Counted from the first letter of the stretch, positions 54,101 through 62,488 are shown. The stretch: 64,000 nucleotides of DNA from Patescibacteria group bacterium (GCA_038063455.1 JBBTVB010000002.1:193296-257295), one strand, 5' to 3'. The notes: generated from the sequence alone by a model not told the origin. A program made the numbers and translations.

Positions 54101-54240
54101 TTCGCGGTAGTAGTGACCGTACCAGTAACCACGTTAACCACCGCACGCGCGGGGCTAATAACTCCCGGGAACGACAAAACCAGTATTGCAAGAGTGGAGC
54201 TCGCAACGATACGGAGCAGGGGCCGCCGAACTTGTCGCAT
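51145..54240 (-). CDS. large secreted protein with many carboxypeptidase-regulatory-like/Cna-B-like beta-sandwich repeats and a C-terminal IPT/TIG-like domain
   Basis: Signal peptide. Repeated G.V.N..G..(L/V)..V.V......T.T...G.Y units. C-terminus PTVSSVKYKSKSGSSMVLEVTGTNFSGKVTAKVG..VTVPTSKLKNAGYDMTITNGDG. Confidence 0.8.
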   Translation of the reverse strand: MRQVRRPLLRIVASSTLAILVLSFPGVISPARAVVNVVTGTVTTTANTPLSGVSMELHTPDGNTSFSTTTTADGTYHFDNDLINGTPYVVEARTPNGYNRSGNGSVNFTYAGVSQTAVNFQFVQTTKTITGTVRDNLGNLITDADINIDPYNITGASRLSNVRTNGSGVYTATMVGGTWFAQPVVNLSEYTPTWISEVPPTRVDFANDTTVESQTLDFVVTRATGKVSVILLNSDGSKLTSSNFVADINFRRTDGVGTMRKVRQADSGLSVYLTPGIYSISAFHSDLNGKSFDPAATTFVMTENGVVDLGTVQAQVNSGHLKGKVTNTAGAALGNVSLLAVREGGSERVTGNTDPSGNFDFTVGAGTWAIGLNAPSGKSQYSQVMPATATVTNGQTVSGLNIQMKTIDRTITGNVVNSSGTKVTDFVGSAYVRTSNNKVRVSAPVVDGAFTIEYSSAELTGTKVIVGAQAAPGADFAGGAEKQVTITGSTATQNLTLRAYDAVMSGALKLKDGTTVTSPGSDVQVVALDADGNFTSTTVAADGTYSLPLAAGTWLYDYDIENPELTAALLNRPAGQNSVTVAAGQTVSKNITVLKGNNTVTGTVTNAAGTAVQQALVTLDNRSTLENTAATNPNDIVTVTVETNASGVYTAKVPDGTFLVTVGETPSVAETQLPPDGKSVKISGSTSTTANFKFEATNATLKGTVKFGTKTEKGGTVTAYSNDGSQVTGAVAANGTYSLSVTSGEKWNVVVTDISGAKLTSSETTEVTPKAGSNTVNLTLKDTGITIPGPVTKSASADDSLTIGLADGTSVSIPPFALGISGNVSVTVTPTVDIDPTSLDRPASLAYEVKAIDPDGREKKNLDQPATITLPYSDASVVNSGLREKGLATKFWDPQTETWSTDGATGLVDVKDNTATLTTTHLTKFSVTGTAKKKPTVSSVKYKSKSGSSMVLEVTGTNFSGKVTAKVGTVGATKVQVKSAKSLLVTVPTSKLKNAGYDMTITNGDGRQTIKKIIYSKGRVLGASVVRLIPR

Positions 54241-54336
54241 ACGCGTATATGGTTAGGGAGAATTTGTCTTGCTATTACTATGCCATATTTGCGACCGAGC
54301 GTCCATAAATATTGGAAATACGGTATACTGTAAGCC

Positions 54337-56520
54337 ATGCGCACGCCGGAGGGCACAACGCTTATCGAAGCACTCGTTGGGATTACCATCCTAGGCGCGG
54401 TGTTTACTTTTATTACCGGCACGTTCGTGCTAAGTGCTAATGGTTTGTCGCGTTCAAAATTCCGCGTGCTGGCGACCGCATTGGCTAACGAGCACATCGA
54501 AACGTTGCGCAACCTGCCCTACGACCAATTGGGCACGTCGACGGGTGTGCCGAGCGGGAGCATTGATGCAACGCAAACGGTTACTCGTTCCAACATTGCT
54601 TTTACTTTGGCTACCCGCATCGACTGGGTAGACGACCCCTTCGATGGCAACGCGGCCGGGACGATTGTGGGCAAACCCGTAGACACCGCCCCCACCGACT
54701 ATAAAAAAATGCAAGTAACGGTGAGCTGGAATAACGGCTCGGGCTACGAAGTCCGCCTCACCTCGACGGTTTCTCCCAAAGGCCTGGAGTCGCCCAGCAA
54801 TACTGGCTCGCTGCTGATTACCGTCTTCGATGCCAACGGCCAACCTGTGCCCGAAGCCGATGTGACCGTGACGAATACGAACTTAATTCCGAATGTGAAC
54901 ATTGCTACCACGACGGATATCTACGGCAACCTCCAGCTGTTGGGCCTAAGCCCCGACCTCAACAAGTATCACGTGCAAGTGAGTAAGGCCGGGTACACAA
55001 CGGATACGACCCTGGCAGTTTCAGGCGGCAATCCCAATCCCGTCAAACCTGATCTCTCAATAATTGCCGGAGCCATAACCAATAGTAGTTTTAGTGTGGA
55101 CCGCGTCAGTAGCTTGGCGGTGAGCGCCAAAGATGCGCTGTGCGCTGCGGTGCCGAGCATTAGCTTTAACCTGAAAGGTCAGGAGCTTACTGGCAACCCG
55201 CCGCCCAACCCCGTGCTGGCCTACGACGTGGACCACACCACCAACGGTGCGGGCACGCTCGCTATCCCCAACTTGCACTGGGACAACTACTCGCTCACGC
55301 TCAACGGCGCGGCGCGGAATATTATTGGCATTATTCCGCCAACCAGTTTGAACGTGCAGCCCAACACCAATGCCGACCTGACGCTGGTAGTCTCGGACAC
55401 GTACTCCAACCACAGCTTGCTCGCCAGCGTGAAAGACGCCAACACCGGGCTGGCCATTAGCGGCGCAACCGTGCGACTGGTTCTTGGGGGGTACGACGAG
55501 TCACGGACCACCGGCCAAGGCGCGTGGAGCCAGACCAATTGGGCGGGCGGTGCTGGGCAGGAGAATGTTGGCGATCTGACAAAGTACCAGTCGGACGATT
55601 CGAACGTTGATGTAACTGATACGCCCGGCCAAGTATCGCTGGAAAAAACTACGAGCACACCCAATATTTCGGACACGTTTACCGACACCACCAACCGCGA
55701 TGCCGCCGCGACCACGGCCGTGTGGGATACCGGTGCGGGCGAATTGCGGCTGCCCCAAACCAGCGGGGACTACGATCCGACGGCCGAAGCACAAACCATA
55801 AAACTCAACACGCTTGACGGCAAGGTAACCCAAGCTACGCTCACGGTCTCTGATCAAGCAAACGGCCAAACCATTGCCTACGCACTTTCCGCCGATGGTG
55901 CCAATTTTGAAAATGTCACTCCCGGCAGCCCGCATACCTTTGCCCAAACCGGCAGTGACTTACGCCTGCGCGTGGACTTGGCCAGCACGGATGTAAGTGT
56001 AACCCCGCAAGTATTCGATGTTACAGTAAACTACACCATCGAAGCCTACGCTGGCAGCGCGGAACTCACATCGTCAACCTTTGACACGGGCTCCGCCAGC
56101 ACGTTTATCTCGCTTGTCTGGAACCCGACCGCCCAGGCCGCGGGTGCTGGCAGCGACCCGGTACGTTTTCAAATTGCCACCAACGATGACGATGCCACCT
56201 GGAACTACCTGGGGCCGGACGGCACAGCTGGAACCTACTACACCACGAGCGGCACACCCATTGCCACTGCCAACCAAAACCTTCGCTACGTGCGCTACCG
56301 CATGTTCCTGCGCACCGACGATGCGCAATTTACGCCCAATGTTTCGGACGTTGCCATTGGCTACACCTCCGGCTGCACCGCGCCCGGCCAAGGTTTCTTC
56401 GGCAGCTTGAGCAATAGCACGTACCAAATTACGATTAGCAAGGTAGGCTACACCACGCTCGACACTGCGGTGAGTGTGAATGGAAATTTGTGGAACAACT
56501 ACCAGCTCACCCCCCTATGA
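54337..56520 (+). CDS. very large prepilin-type N-terminal domain protein (PilV/minor-pilin-like, 727 aa)
   Basis: Class III signal MRTPEG/TTLIEALVGITILGAV with Glu at +5. Followed by beta-sandwich repeats. TATACT -10 box 7 nt before the ATG. Confidence 0.75.
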   Translation: MRTPEGTTLIEALVGITILGAVFTFITGTFVLSANGLSRSKFRVLATALANEHIETLRNLPYDQLGTSTGVPSGSIDATQTVTRSNIAFTLATRIDWVDDPFDGNAAGTIVGKPVDTAPTDYKKMQVTVSWNNGSGYEVRLTSTVSPKGLESPSNTGSLLITVFDANGQPVPEADVTVTNTNLIPNVNIATTTDIYGNLQLLGLSPDLNKYHVQVSKAGYTTDTTLAVSGGNPNPVKPDLSIIAGAITNSSFSVDRVSSLAVSAKDALCAAVPSISFNLKGQELTGNPPPNPVLAYDVDHTTNGAGTLAIPNLHWDNYSLTLNGAARNIIGIIPPTSLNVQPNTNADLTLVVSDTYSNHSLLASVKDANTGLAISGATVRLVLGGYDESRTTGQGAWSQTNWAGGAGQENVGDLTKYQSDDSNVDVTDTPGQVSLEKTTSTPNISDTFTDTTNRDAAATTAVWDTGAGELRLPQTSGDYDPTAEAQTIKLNTLDGKVTQATLTVSDQANGQTIAYALSADGANFENVTPGSPHTFAQTGSDLRLRVDLASTDVSVTPQVFDVTVNYTIEAYAGSAELTSSTFDTGSASTFISLVWNPTAQAAGAGSDPVRFQIATNDDDATWNYLGPDGTAGTYYTTSGTPIATANQNLRYVRYRMFLRTDDAQFTPNVSDVAIGYTSGCTAPGQGFFGSLSNSTYQITISKVGYTTLDTAVSVNGNLWNNYQLTPL

Positions 56521-57179
56521 TGTTCCGCCGCGCAAAAAAAGGTTTTATCCAGCTCCACTTTAAGCTAAAAAACCATACCCAAAGTGGTGCTGGATTTACT
56601 TTGCTGGAAGTGGTTATTACCGCCGGCATTCTGGCTGCGATTGGCACGCTGGTCGGCACGCTGGCCAGCACCGGCTTGCGAAGTTGGAGCCAGAACCAGG
56701 AACAAGTTGAGGTGCAAGAAACCGCACGCACGGCCCTCACCCGCATCACCCGCCTGGTGCGCGAGGCGCAACCCGCAGATAACGGCAGCTACACCATTGC
56801 TGCCGCGGCGGCACAGTCGTTGACCTTCTACGCCGATAGCGACAATGACGGCGGCAACGAACAATTCCGTATTTTTTTACAGGGCACCGACCTCAAGCTC
56901 GGTACTATCAAACCTACCGGCGCGCCTGTCACCTATCCTGCGGGCAGCGAAACTGTGCAAACCTTGGTGCGCAATGTGCGCAACGGTGCCAGCGCGGTCT
57001 TCGGCTACTATGACGGCAACTTCACTGGCAGCCAAGCGGCCTTAACCTTCCCGGTAAATATTCAGAACATTCGACTGGTCCACGTGACGCTGACCATCGA
57101 CGTGGACCCAAACAAAGTACCTAGCGCGCTCACGCTCGAGACAAACATGGCCTTCCGAAACTTGAAAGATAATTTATAG
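56517..57179 (+). CDS. prepilin-type N-terminal cleavage/methylation domain protein (minor pilin/pseudopilin)
   Basis: ..TQSGAG/FTLLEVVITAGILAAIG with Glu at +5. ATGA overlap with the previous gene. Confidence 0.8.
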   Translation: MMFRRAKKGFIQLHFKLKNHTQSGAGFTLLEVVITAGILAAIGTLVGTLASTGLRSWSQNQEQVEVQETARTALTRITRLVREAQPADNGSYTIAAAAAQSLTFYADSDNDGGNEQFRIFLQGTDLKLGTIKPTGAPVTYPAGSETVQTLVRNVRNGASAVFGYYDGNFTGSQAALTFPVNIQNIRLVHVTLTIDVDPNKVPSALTLETNMAFRNLKDNL

Positions 57180-57227
57180 TTACGAATGACAAATAGCATG
57201 CTACGAATATCCAAAGTACGAATAGGT

Positions 57228-59327
57228 ATGCATCGCCCTCGCCCCTTGCGGGAGAGGGGGTCACTCTTGATTAGCGTGCTTATTATTACCAGCTTGCTCG
57301 CGACGCTTGGGCTACTGGGCCTGAACTTGCTCATCAGCCAGAATGCCGCTACGAATTTCCGCGTGGACCGCGAAAAAGCTTTTGAAATCGCCGAAGCGGG
57401 CGTGGAGTATTACCGCTGGCACTTGGCCCACGTGCCCAGCGACTACCAGGATGGGACGGGCGGGCCTGGGCCGTACGTCCACCAGTATACCGATGCGGTT
57501 GGTAACGTCTTGGGCTCGTACAGCCTGACCATCACGCCACCCCCATCCGGCTCAACCATTGTCACTATTAGCTCTACCGGCACGGTTACCAACAAACCCT
57601 CCAGCAGCCGCACGGTCACGGTCAAACAGGGTATCCCATCGTTTACCCGCTACGCGGTGGTGGCAGATGCGGACATCCGCTTTGGCGTTGGCACGGAAGT
57701 CTTCGGACCCATCCACAGCAACGGCGGCATCCGCTTCGACGGCTTGGCGCATAATTTAATTACGTCCCTGCAAGGCACATACGACGACCCAGACCACAGC
57801 GGCGGCGATGAGTTTGGCGTGCACACGCACGTTGCCCCAACCGACCCGTTGCCGCCTGCGGCAGTCCCCTCCCGCACTGATGTTTTCCAGGTGGGCCGGC
57901 AATTCCCTGTGGCGCAAGTAGACTTTGATTCGATAACTGCGGACCTGGCGGGAATTTCCACCAAGGCGCAAGCCAGTGGCATCTACCTGGCGCCGTCTGC
58001 AGGCCAGGGCTACCACCTGACCCTGCGGACAGATGGCAAAGTGGACATGCGCGTGGTGAACGTGCAGCTTTCCTGCCAGTACAACAACGGTGGCTTCCGC
58101 GACTACGGCTACTGTTCGAACAATGCAAACCAAGCGTGCACGCAGGACAGTACGTGTAGCGGCAGCGGCGGTGTATGCCTGAAAGCCAGCCACTCCATTG
58201 GCACGCGGGTGAATGATGAAACCTCGTTTACCTACCAGAGCGCATCGTCGCTGGGCGTCATGCTGCCGGCGAACGGCCTCATCTACGCCGAGGATGACTT
58301 GTGGATTGACGGGCAGGTGGACGGCGCACGTCTGACTATTGTGGCTACTTCATCGTCGGCTGACCCCATTCGCCGGCCCGGCAATATCTACATTAACAAC
58401 GACCTCACCTACAGCAACTACGACGGCTCCGATGCGGTTGGCCTGATTGCGGAAAAAGATATTCTCGTGGGCTACTTTAGCGAGGATAACTTGCGGGTCG
58501 ACGCCGCGCTCATAGCTCAAAACGGCCACGTCGGGCGGCCCTACTACGGCACCAACTTCACCACCTCCACCAGCAATGCAAACTTCAAGCTCTACCCAGA
58601 CACGGGCGTCTGCACGTTGAACACATCTCGTGCATGTACGAGCAACGGGCAGTGTACCGACTATTGCACCACCAACGAATCTCGCACCTGTACCACCAAT
58701 GGGCAGTGCAACAACTACTGCGTAGCCAACACCAGTAAGACCTGCAACAACAATGGCGAGTGCAACAACTACTGCCAAGCTGAAACTACTCGAGCGTGTA
58801 CTACTGGTGCTGACTGCCGCTATTGCCAGGGCGACCCCACTCGCACATGTGCCAGCGGTGGTGGCAGCACTGCCAACCAAAAATGTGATGGCCGATGCAC
58901 TGGCAATCCTAATAAAGGATGCTGGAATAACAGTGATTGTACAGGTTTTGGGACGTGCGATCGTAATGCGCCCAACGTAGGCCCGTGTTCGCCATCGGTA
59001 GGTCCATGCGTAACTGGCGACAGCTGCAAACTTGGTGACACCTGCGTCTCCAACGGCGATAGTTGCTCGCTTAGTGAAAATCCTGCGGGCGGCAGCACCT
59101 GCCAGGAATACCGCTCGCGCAATACCATAACCACCTTTGGCTCGCTGGCCACCAACCAACGCTACGGCTTTGCCTGGGTCGGTACGTTGTTCAACTGTGC
59201 AGTTGGCACGAATGACTCGGGCTACTGCACGCGCAATTTAAACTTCGACTCCAACCTCACCTTTGCCCCGCCGCCCGACTTCCCCACCACCGGCGAGTAC
59301 CAGACAATTAGCTGGGAGGAGGAGTAG
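57228..59327 (+). CDS. PilX-like pilus-associated protein with C-terminal cysteine-rich repeat region
   Basis: N-terminus ..RERGSLLISVLIITSLLATLGLLGLNLL (PilX-type, no Glu at +5). The ORF opens at 57186; the ATG at 57228 is preferred. About 25 Cys in the last ~165 aa before the C-terminal segment. Confidence 0.65.
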   Translation: MHRPRPLRERGSLLISVLIITSLLATLGLLGLNLLISQNAATNFRVDREKAFEIAEAGVEYYRWHLAHVPSDYQDGTGGPGPYVHQYTDAVGNVLGSYSLTITPPPSGSTIVTISSTGTVTNKPSSSRTVTVKQGIPSFTRYAVVADADIRFGVGTEVFGPIHSNGGIRFDGLAHNLITSLQGTYDDPDHSGGDEFGVHTHVAPTDPLPPAAVPSRTDVFQVGRQFPVAQVDFDSITADLAGISTKAQASGIYLAPSAGQGYHLTLRTDGKVDMRVVNVQLSCQYNNGGFRDYGYCSNNANQACTQDSTCSGSGGVCLKASHSIGTRVNDETSFTYQSASSLGVMLPANGLIYAEDDLWIDGQVDGARLTIVATSSSADPIRRPGNIYINNDLTYSNYDGSDAVGLIAEKDILVGYFSEDNLRVDAALIAQNGHVGRPYYGTNFTTSTSNANFKLYPDTGVCTLNTSRACTSNGQCTDYCTTNESRTCTTNGQCNNYCVANTSKTCNNNGECNNYCQAETTRACTTGADCRYCQGDPTRTCASGGGSTANQKCDGRCTGNPNKGCWNNSDCTGFGTCDRNAPNVGPCSPSVGPCVTGDSCKLGDTCVSNGDSCSLSENPAGGSTCQEYRSRNTITTFGSLATNQRYGFAWVGTLFNCAVGTNDSGYCTRNLNFDSNLTFAPPPDFPTTGEYQTISWEEE
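58608..58865 (+). repeat. in-frame tandem ~20-aa cysteine repeat (x.N.S(R/K).C..NG(Q/E)C..YC), 4-5 copies
   Basis: CTLNTSRACTSNGQCTDYC / TTNESRTCTTNGQCNNYC / VANTSKTCNNNGECNNYC / QAETTRACTTGADCRYC / QGDPTRTC.. Confidence 0.7.
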
Positions 59328-59365
59328 GTCGTACAGTGCGTCATTTTTATATCCCCTCTCCCTAA

Positions 59366-59398
59366 CCCTCTCCCGCAACGGGGAGAGGGAGTTATTTT
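59366..59398 (+). terminator. hairpin CCCTCTCCC-GCAACG-GGGAGAGGG plus T-rich tail
   Basis: Lies directly after the stop at 59327. A related sequence occurs inside the coding region at 57233-57260. Confidence 0.6.
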
Positions 59399-59574
59399 AA
59401 ACCATAGCACTGTCCTTCAAGGGCCCTGCACAGTCCCGGCAGCAGGCGGGACGGAGCAGTCGTGGCCGGGGTAGGGGGTACCGGGGGCCTAGGGGGTGGC
59501 CTTCGAAACTCTGAACCCCCTGGCCCCTGGTGGAAAAACGTGATTAGCCTACCGCACCGAAGAAACATGACTTC

Positions 59575-59619
59575 GTCGTCACGTAGGAATGCGAGATTCC
59601 TCCCTACGGTCGGAATGAC
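59575..59619. repeat. REP-like nested hairpin (GTCGTCACGTAGGAAT-GCGAG-ATTCCTCCCTACGGTCGGAATGAC)
   Basis: Perfect AGGAAT/ATTCCT stem inside an outer CGTAGG/CCTACG stem. It produces the spurious ORF 59392..59670. Confidence 0.5.
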
Positions 59620-59664
59620 AATTGGGTCGGGGTGACAAAGTAAATATGCTATTATGCGGAAACG

Positions 59665-60579
59665 ATGCATTATAAACTCCTCATTATCGGTTCCGGCCCA
59701 GCAGGATTATCAGCCGCTATCTACGGCAGCCGAGCAGAACTAAAGCCCGTGGTCATTAGTGGCCATGTCCCGGGCGGGCAGCTAACCCAAACCTCGGACG
59801 TCGAAAACTACCCCGGCTTTCCCAGCATCCAGGGGCCGGAACTCATGCAAAAAATGCGCGAGCATGCCGAGCACTTTGGCACGCAGTTTATTGACGCCAG
59901 CGTAACGAAGGTGGATTTTTCTAGCCGCCCTTTCAAACTCTGGGTGGGTGAGGATGTGCACGAGGCTGATACCGTGATTGCGGCAACGGGTGCATCGGCC
60001 ATGTGGCTAGGTTTACCGAACGAAACCCGCCTGCAAGGCAAAGGCGTTTCGGCCTGCGCCACCTGCGATGGTTTTTTCTTTAAGAACAAACATGTTGTAG
60101 TTGTTGGCGGCGGCGACACGGCCTTGGAAGAAGTCACTTTTCTAACGAAGTTCTGCAGCCAGGTCACCATGCTCCATAGGCGTGATGCTTTCCGCGGCAG
60201 CAAAATTATGCAGGAGCGGGCTTTAAAGAACCCAAAAATTTCCATTCGTTGGAATAGCCAGGTGGTAGACGTGTTGGGCGAAGAACATGTTACTGGCGTG
60301 CGTGTGAAAGATACACAAACTGGTGTGGAAGAAAACATGGACTGCCAAGGTTTATTCGTGGCTATTGGCCACAAACCCGCAACCACTATTTTCCAAGGTC
60401 AACTAGAGTTGGATGCCAAAGGCTATGTCGTTGTCCATGACGTGACACGGACGTCGGTGGAAGGCGTCTTTGCCGCGGGCGACGTGCAAGACCCGCGCTA
60501 CCGCCAAGCCGTCACCTCGGCCGGCACGGGCGTCATGGCTCTACTCGACGCGGAAAAATTCCTAGCTGAGCACGAATAA
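59665..60579 (+). CDS. trxB: thioredoxin-disulfide reductase
   Basis: GSGPAGLSAAIY FAD motif, redox-active CATCDG, and VVGGGDTALEE NADPH motif. TATTAT -10 box 9 nt before the ATG. Confidence 0.92.
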   Translation: MHYKLLIIGSGPAGLSAAIYGSRAELKPVVISGHVPGGQLTQTSDVENYPGFPSIQGPELMQKMREHAEHFGTQFIDASVTKVDFSSRPFKLWVGEDVHEADTVIAATGASAMWLGLPNETRLQGKGVSACATCDGFFFKNKHVVVVGGGDTALEEVTFLTKFCSQVTMLHRRDAFRGSKIMQERALKNPKISIRWNSQVVDVLGEEHVTGVRVKDTQTGVEENMDCQGLFVAIGHKPATTIFQGQLELDAKGYVVVHDVTRTSVEGVFAAGDVQDPRYRQAVTSAGTGVMALLDAEKFLAEHE

Positions 60580-60591
60580 AAGACCGCCCTC

Positions 60592-61146
60592 TCATGGAGA
60601 AGGCGGATTTTTTGGTTTAGACGCATACGGCGCATGAAGTTGTGTTTCAAAAAGCCGTCGAGAGAATGCGAGGCGCAGAGCTTGTACATTCTGTTTCCAC
60701 GCTTTGCTATTGGGGTGGATATCCATGCGCGGAAAAGCAACTACCGAATGACGCATATTACCCAGCACCCGCGCAGCAATGACTTTCATCTTCCAGCGGC
60801 GAACTGTATCACAATATATTGTTACCTCGGTCGGTCTAGAGCGACGTAGAACTTTAAGCGCAAAGGCGATGTTCTGAACTGCGTTGCTGCTCTCCTCTTC
60901 CAATAGCAAGTCAAGCATCGTTGTATTCAGTTTCTTGTCTTGGATCGCATTGTAGACGCTCTGCGCCTCGGAAAGACAAGGCTTCAGCGGGTTTGTATAG
61001 CCACCGCAGAGAACTACTTCAATTATATTTTCGCCTTGCAGGTGACAAAAACATTCTTGGTAATAATCATAGAGTCCAGCTAATTCCCTTGGGCTTCTAA
61101 GGGATACGTCCCACAGACCATAGCCACAAATTATTGCAACGTGCAT
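60592..61146 (-). CDS. DUF218/YdcF-like protein
   Basis: Start at the ATG at 61146 (MHVAIICGYG..), preceded by AAGGAG. ..VVLCGGYTN..SEAQSVYN.. The longer ORF to 61338 overlaps the promoter and the upstream gene. Confidence 0.65.
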   Translation of the reverse strand: MHVAIICGYGLWDVSLRSPRELAGLYDYYQECFCHLQGENIIEVVLCGGYTNPLKPCLSEAQSVYNAIQDKKLNTTMLDLLLEEESSNAVQNIAFALKVLRRSRPTEVTIYCDTVRRWKMKVIAARVLGNMRHSVVAFPRMDIHPNSKAWKQNVQALRLAFSRRLFETQLHAPYASKPKNPPSP

Positions 61147-61183
61147 TTTTACACTCCTTTTTCTAATTTTTGTACTTCCTAGC

Positions 61184-61212
61184 AGCCTACCCCCTCGACC
61201 GGGCGGCGTCAA
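61184..61212 (-). promoter_or_regulatory. promoter/operator box TTGACGCCGCCCGGTCGAGGGGGTAGGCT (copy 1)
   Basis: 27/29 identical to the box at 62534-62562. Fits -35 TTGACG, N17, -10 TAGGCT. Confidence 0.5.
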
Positions 61213-61264
61213 GGCAAGAAAAAGCCGCCCAGAAAAATCTGAGCGGCGATGTGTAAACAACGTA

Positions 61265-62488
61265 CTACATGCGCACAATTCTGGCAGCCCAACTGAGACC
61301 ACCGCCATATGCGGCGACCAGCACAACCGCCCCGGCACGTATCAGCCCGGCATCTCGAGCTTCATGAAACGCCGTGGGCACGCTTGCCGAAGTCATGTTG
61401 CCATACCGTTCGATGTTGCAAAAAACCCAAACAATGGGTTTTCCGTTAGGCGTAGCGAATGGTGATGCGCCCTCCAGGTTTGCCAGCGTTACCACGCGCA
61501 CTTCAACCTCAGGATGTTCTTTCTGTAAGCTTTTCGCGATGTTGTCCGTAATACGCTGATTGGCTTGATGCAGGATAATGACGTTAATGTCGGCAAGGGT
61601 AAGCCCAGCTTTCTCAAGTATTGCTGGAATGATGGTCTTTGGCACCAATGGGCTCACGATCTCGAAGACCTTTTTGCCATCCATCCGCATCAGGTGTGCG
61701 TCTACCAGCGGGTCGGTATCCCCGGGTTGCAATGGCTGCGCAGAGCCACCCGCCTGGTTCACAATGAGCTTTTCGTACATACCCGACGGACCACCATCGC
61801 CGGCTCCCAAACATTCTTGGGGCCGAAACTGCGAAACTTCTGGGTGCGTTGCTTCCAGGGCGAATGCACTCGCTCCATCACCAAGGATGATAAAGGGCGA
61901 ACGTCGATGCCGGCTCATCACACTGCTCATGCGGTCTGCACCAATCACCAACCCTCGCGTGCACCGGCCCGTTTCAACAAGCATGCAGCCATATTCCAAG
62001 GCCACCATAAAACTGGTACAGGCCAACGTCACATCTGCAAGGAAGCAGGGCCAAATTTTTTCCTGGTCATCGTTGTGCGCACCCATCAGCTTAAGCGCTT
62101 TTGGAACGCTCATCTTGCGGTGCACAATAACCGACGTTGGCGGCGTAGTGTTATGGTCCGGGCTCACCGTCGCCACAATGATGAACTCTGGAAAAATGCC
62201 TGCGGCCTCACCGTACGCATCGGTCCAAGCATCATGAGCAGCTTGTACCGCGAGATCACTCGTAGCCACGGAATTGTCTGGCGGACAAAAATACCGCTGC
62301 TGCACGCCCGTACGTTCACGAATCCAGTCATCAGAGGTCTCGAACTCTTTTTCCTGATCTGCTGGAACGACAATACCTTGAACTCTCAGCCGCTCACGTT
62401 CATCAACGAGAAGTTGAACGAGACCATCATTCGTTACGCACCAATCCGGCAGGACGCTCCCCATGCCAGCAATCCGAACACCTTGCAT
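61265..62488 (-). CDS. 3-oxoacyl-ACP synthase III (FabH/KAS III) family protein
   Basis: Active-site contexts TLACTSFMVAL (Cys), ILHQANQRI (His) and NIERYGNMTSASVP (Asn); ..AAYGGGLSWAA.. Start at the ATG at 62488 (MQGVRIAG), preceded by AAGGAGAG. Confidence 0.75.
   Translation of the reverse strand: MQGVRIAGMGSVLPDWCVTNDGLVQLLVDERERLRVQGIVVPADQEKEFETSDDWIRERTGVQQRYFCPPDNSVATSDLAVQAAHDAWTDAYGEAAGIFPEFIIVATVSPDHNTTPPTSVIVHRKMSVPKALKLMGAHNDDQEKIWPCFLADVTLACTSFMVALEYGCMLVETGRCTRGLVIGADRMSSVMSRHRRSPFIILGDGASAFALEATHPEVSQFRPQECLGAGDGGPSGMYEKLIVNQAGGSAQPLQPGDTDPLVDAHLMRMDGKKVFEIVSPLVPKTIIPAILEKAGLTLADINVIILHQANQRITDNIAKSLQKEHPEVEVRVVTLANLEGASPFATPNGKPIVWVFCNIERYGNMTSASVPTAFHEARDAGLIRAGAVVLVAAYGGGLSWAARIVRM

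Noticed and set aside
57233-57260. REP-like hairpin (CCCTCGCCCCTTGCGGGAGAGGGGG) inside the 5' end of the PilX-like gene, considered as evidence of gene disruption.
   Set aside because: The reading frame stays open. The encoded ..RPRPLRERGS.. supplies the (E/Q)RG motif expected just before a PilX-type hydrophobic helix. The gene therefore looks intact, and the similarity to the terminator at 59366 is noted only as a curiosity.
59392-59670. 92-aa minus-strand ORF between the PilX-like gene and trxB.
   Set aside because: Its translation (..HPDPIVIPTVGRNLAFLRDDEV..PPPRPPVPPTPATT..) is the signature of REP-like hairpin DNA and GC-rich spacer. It also overlaps the trxB promoter and start.
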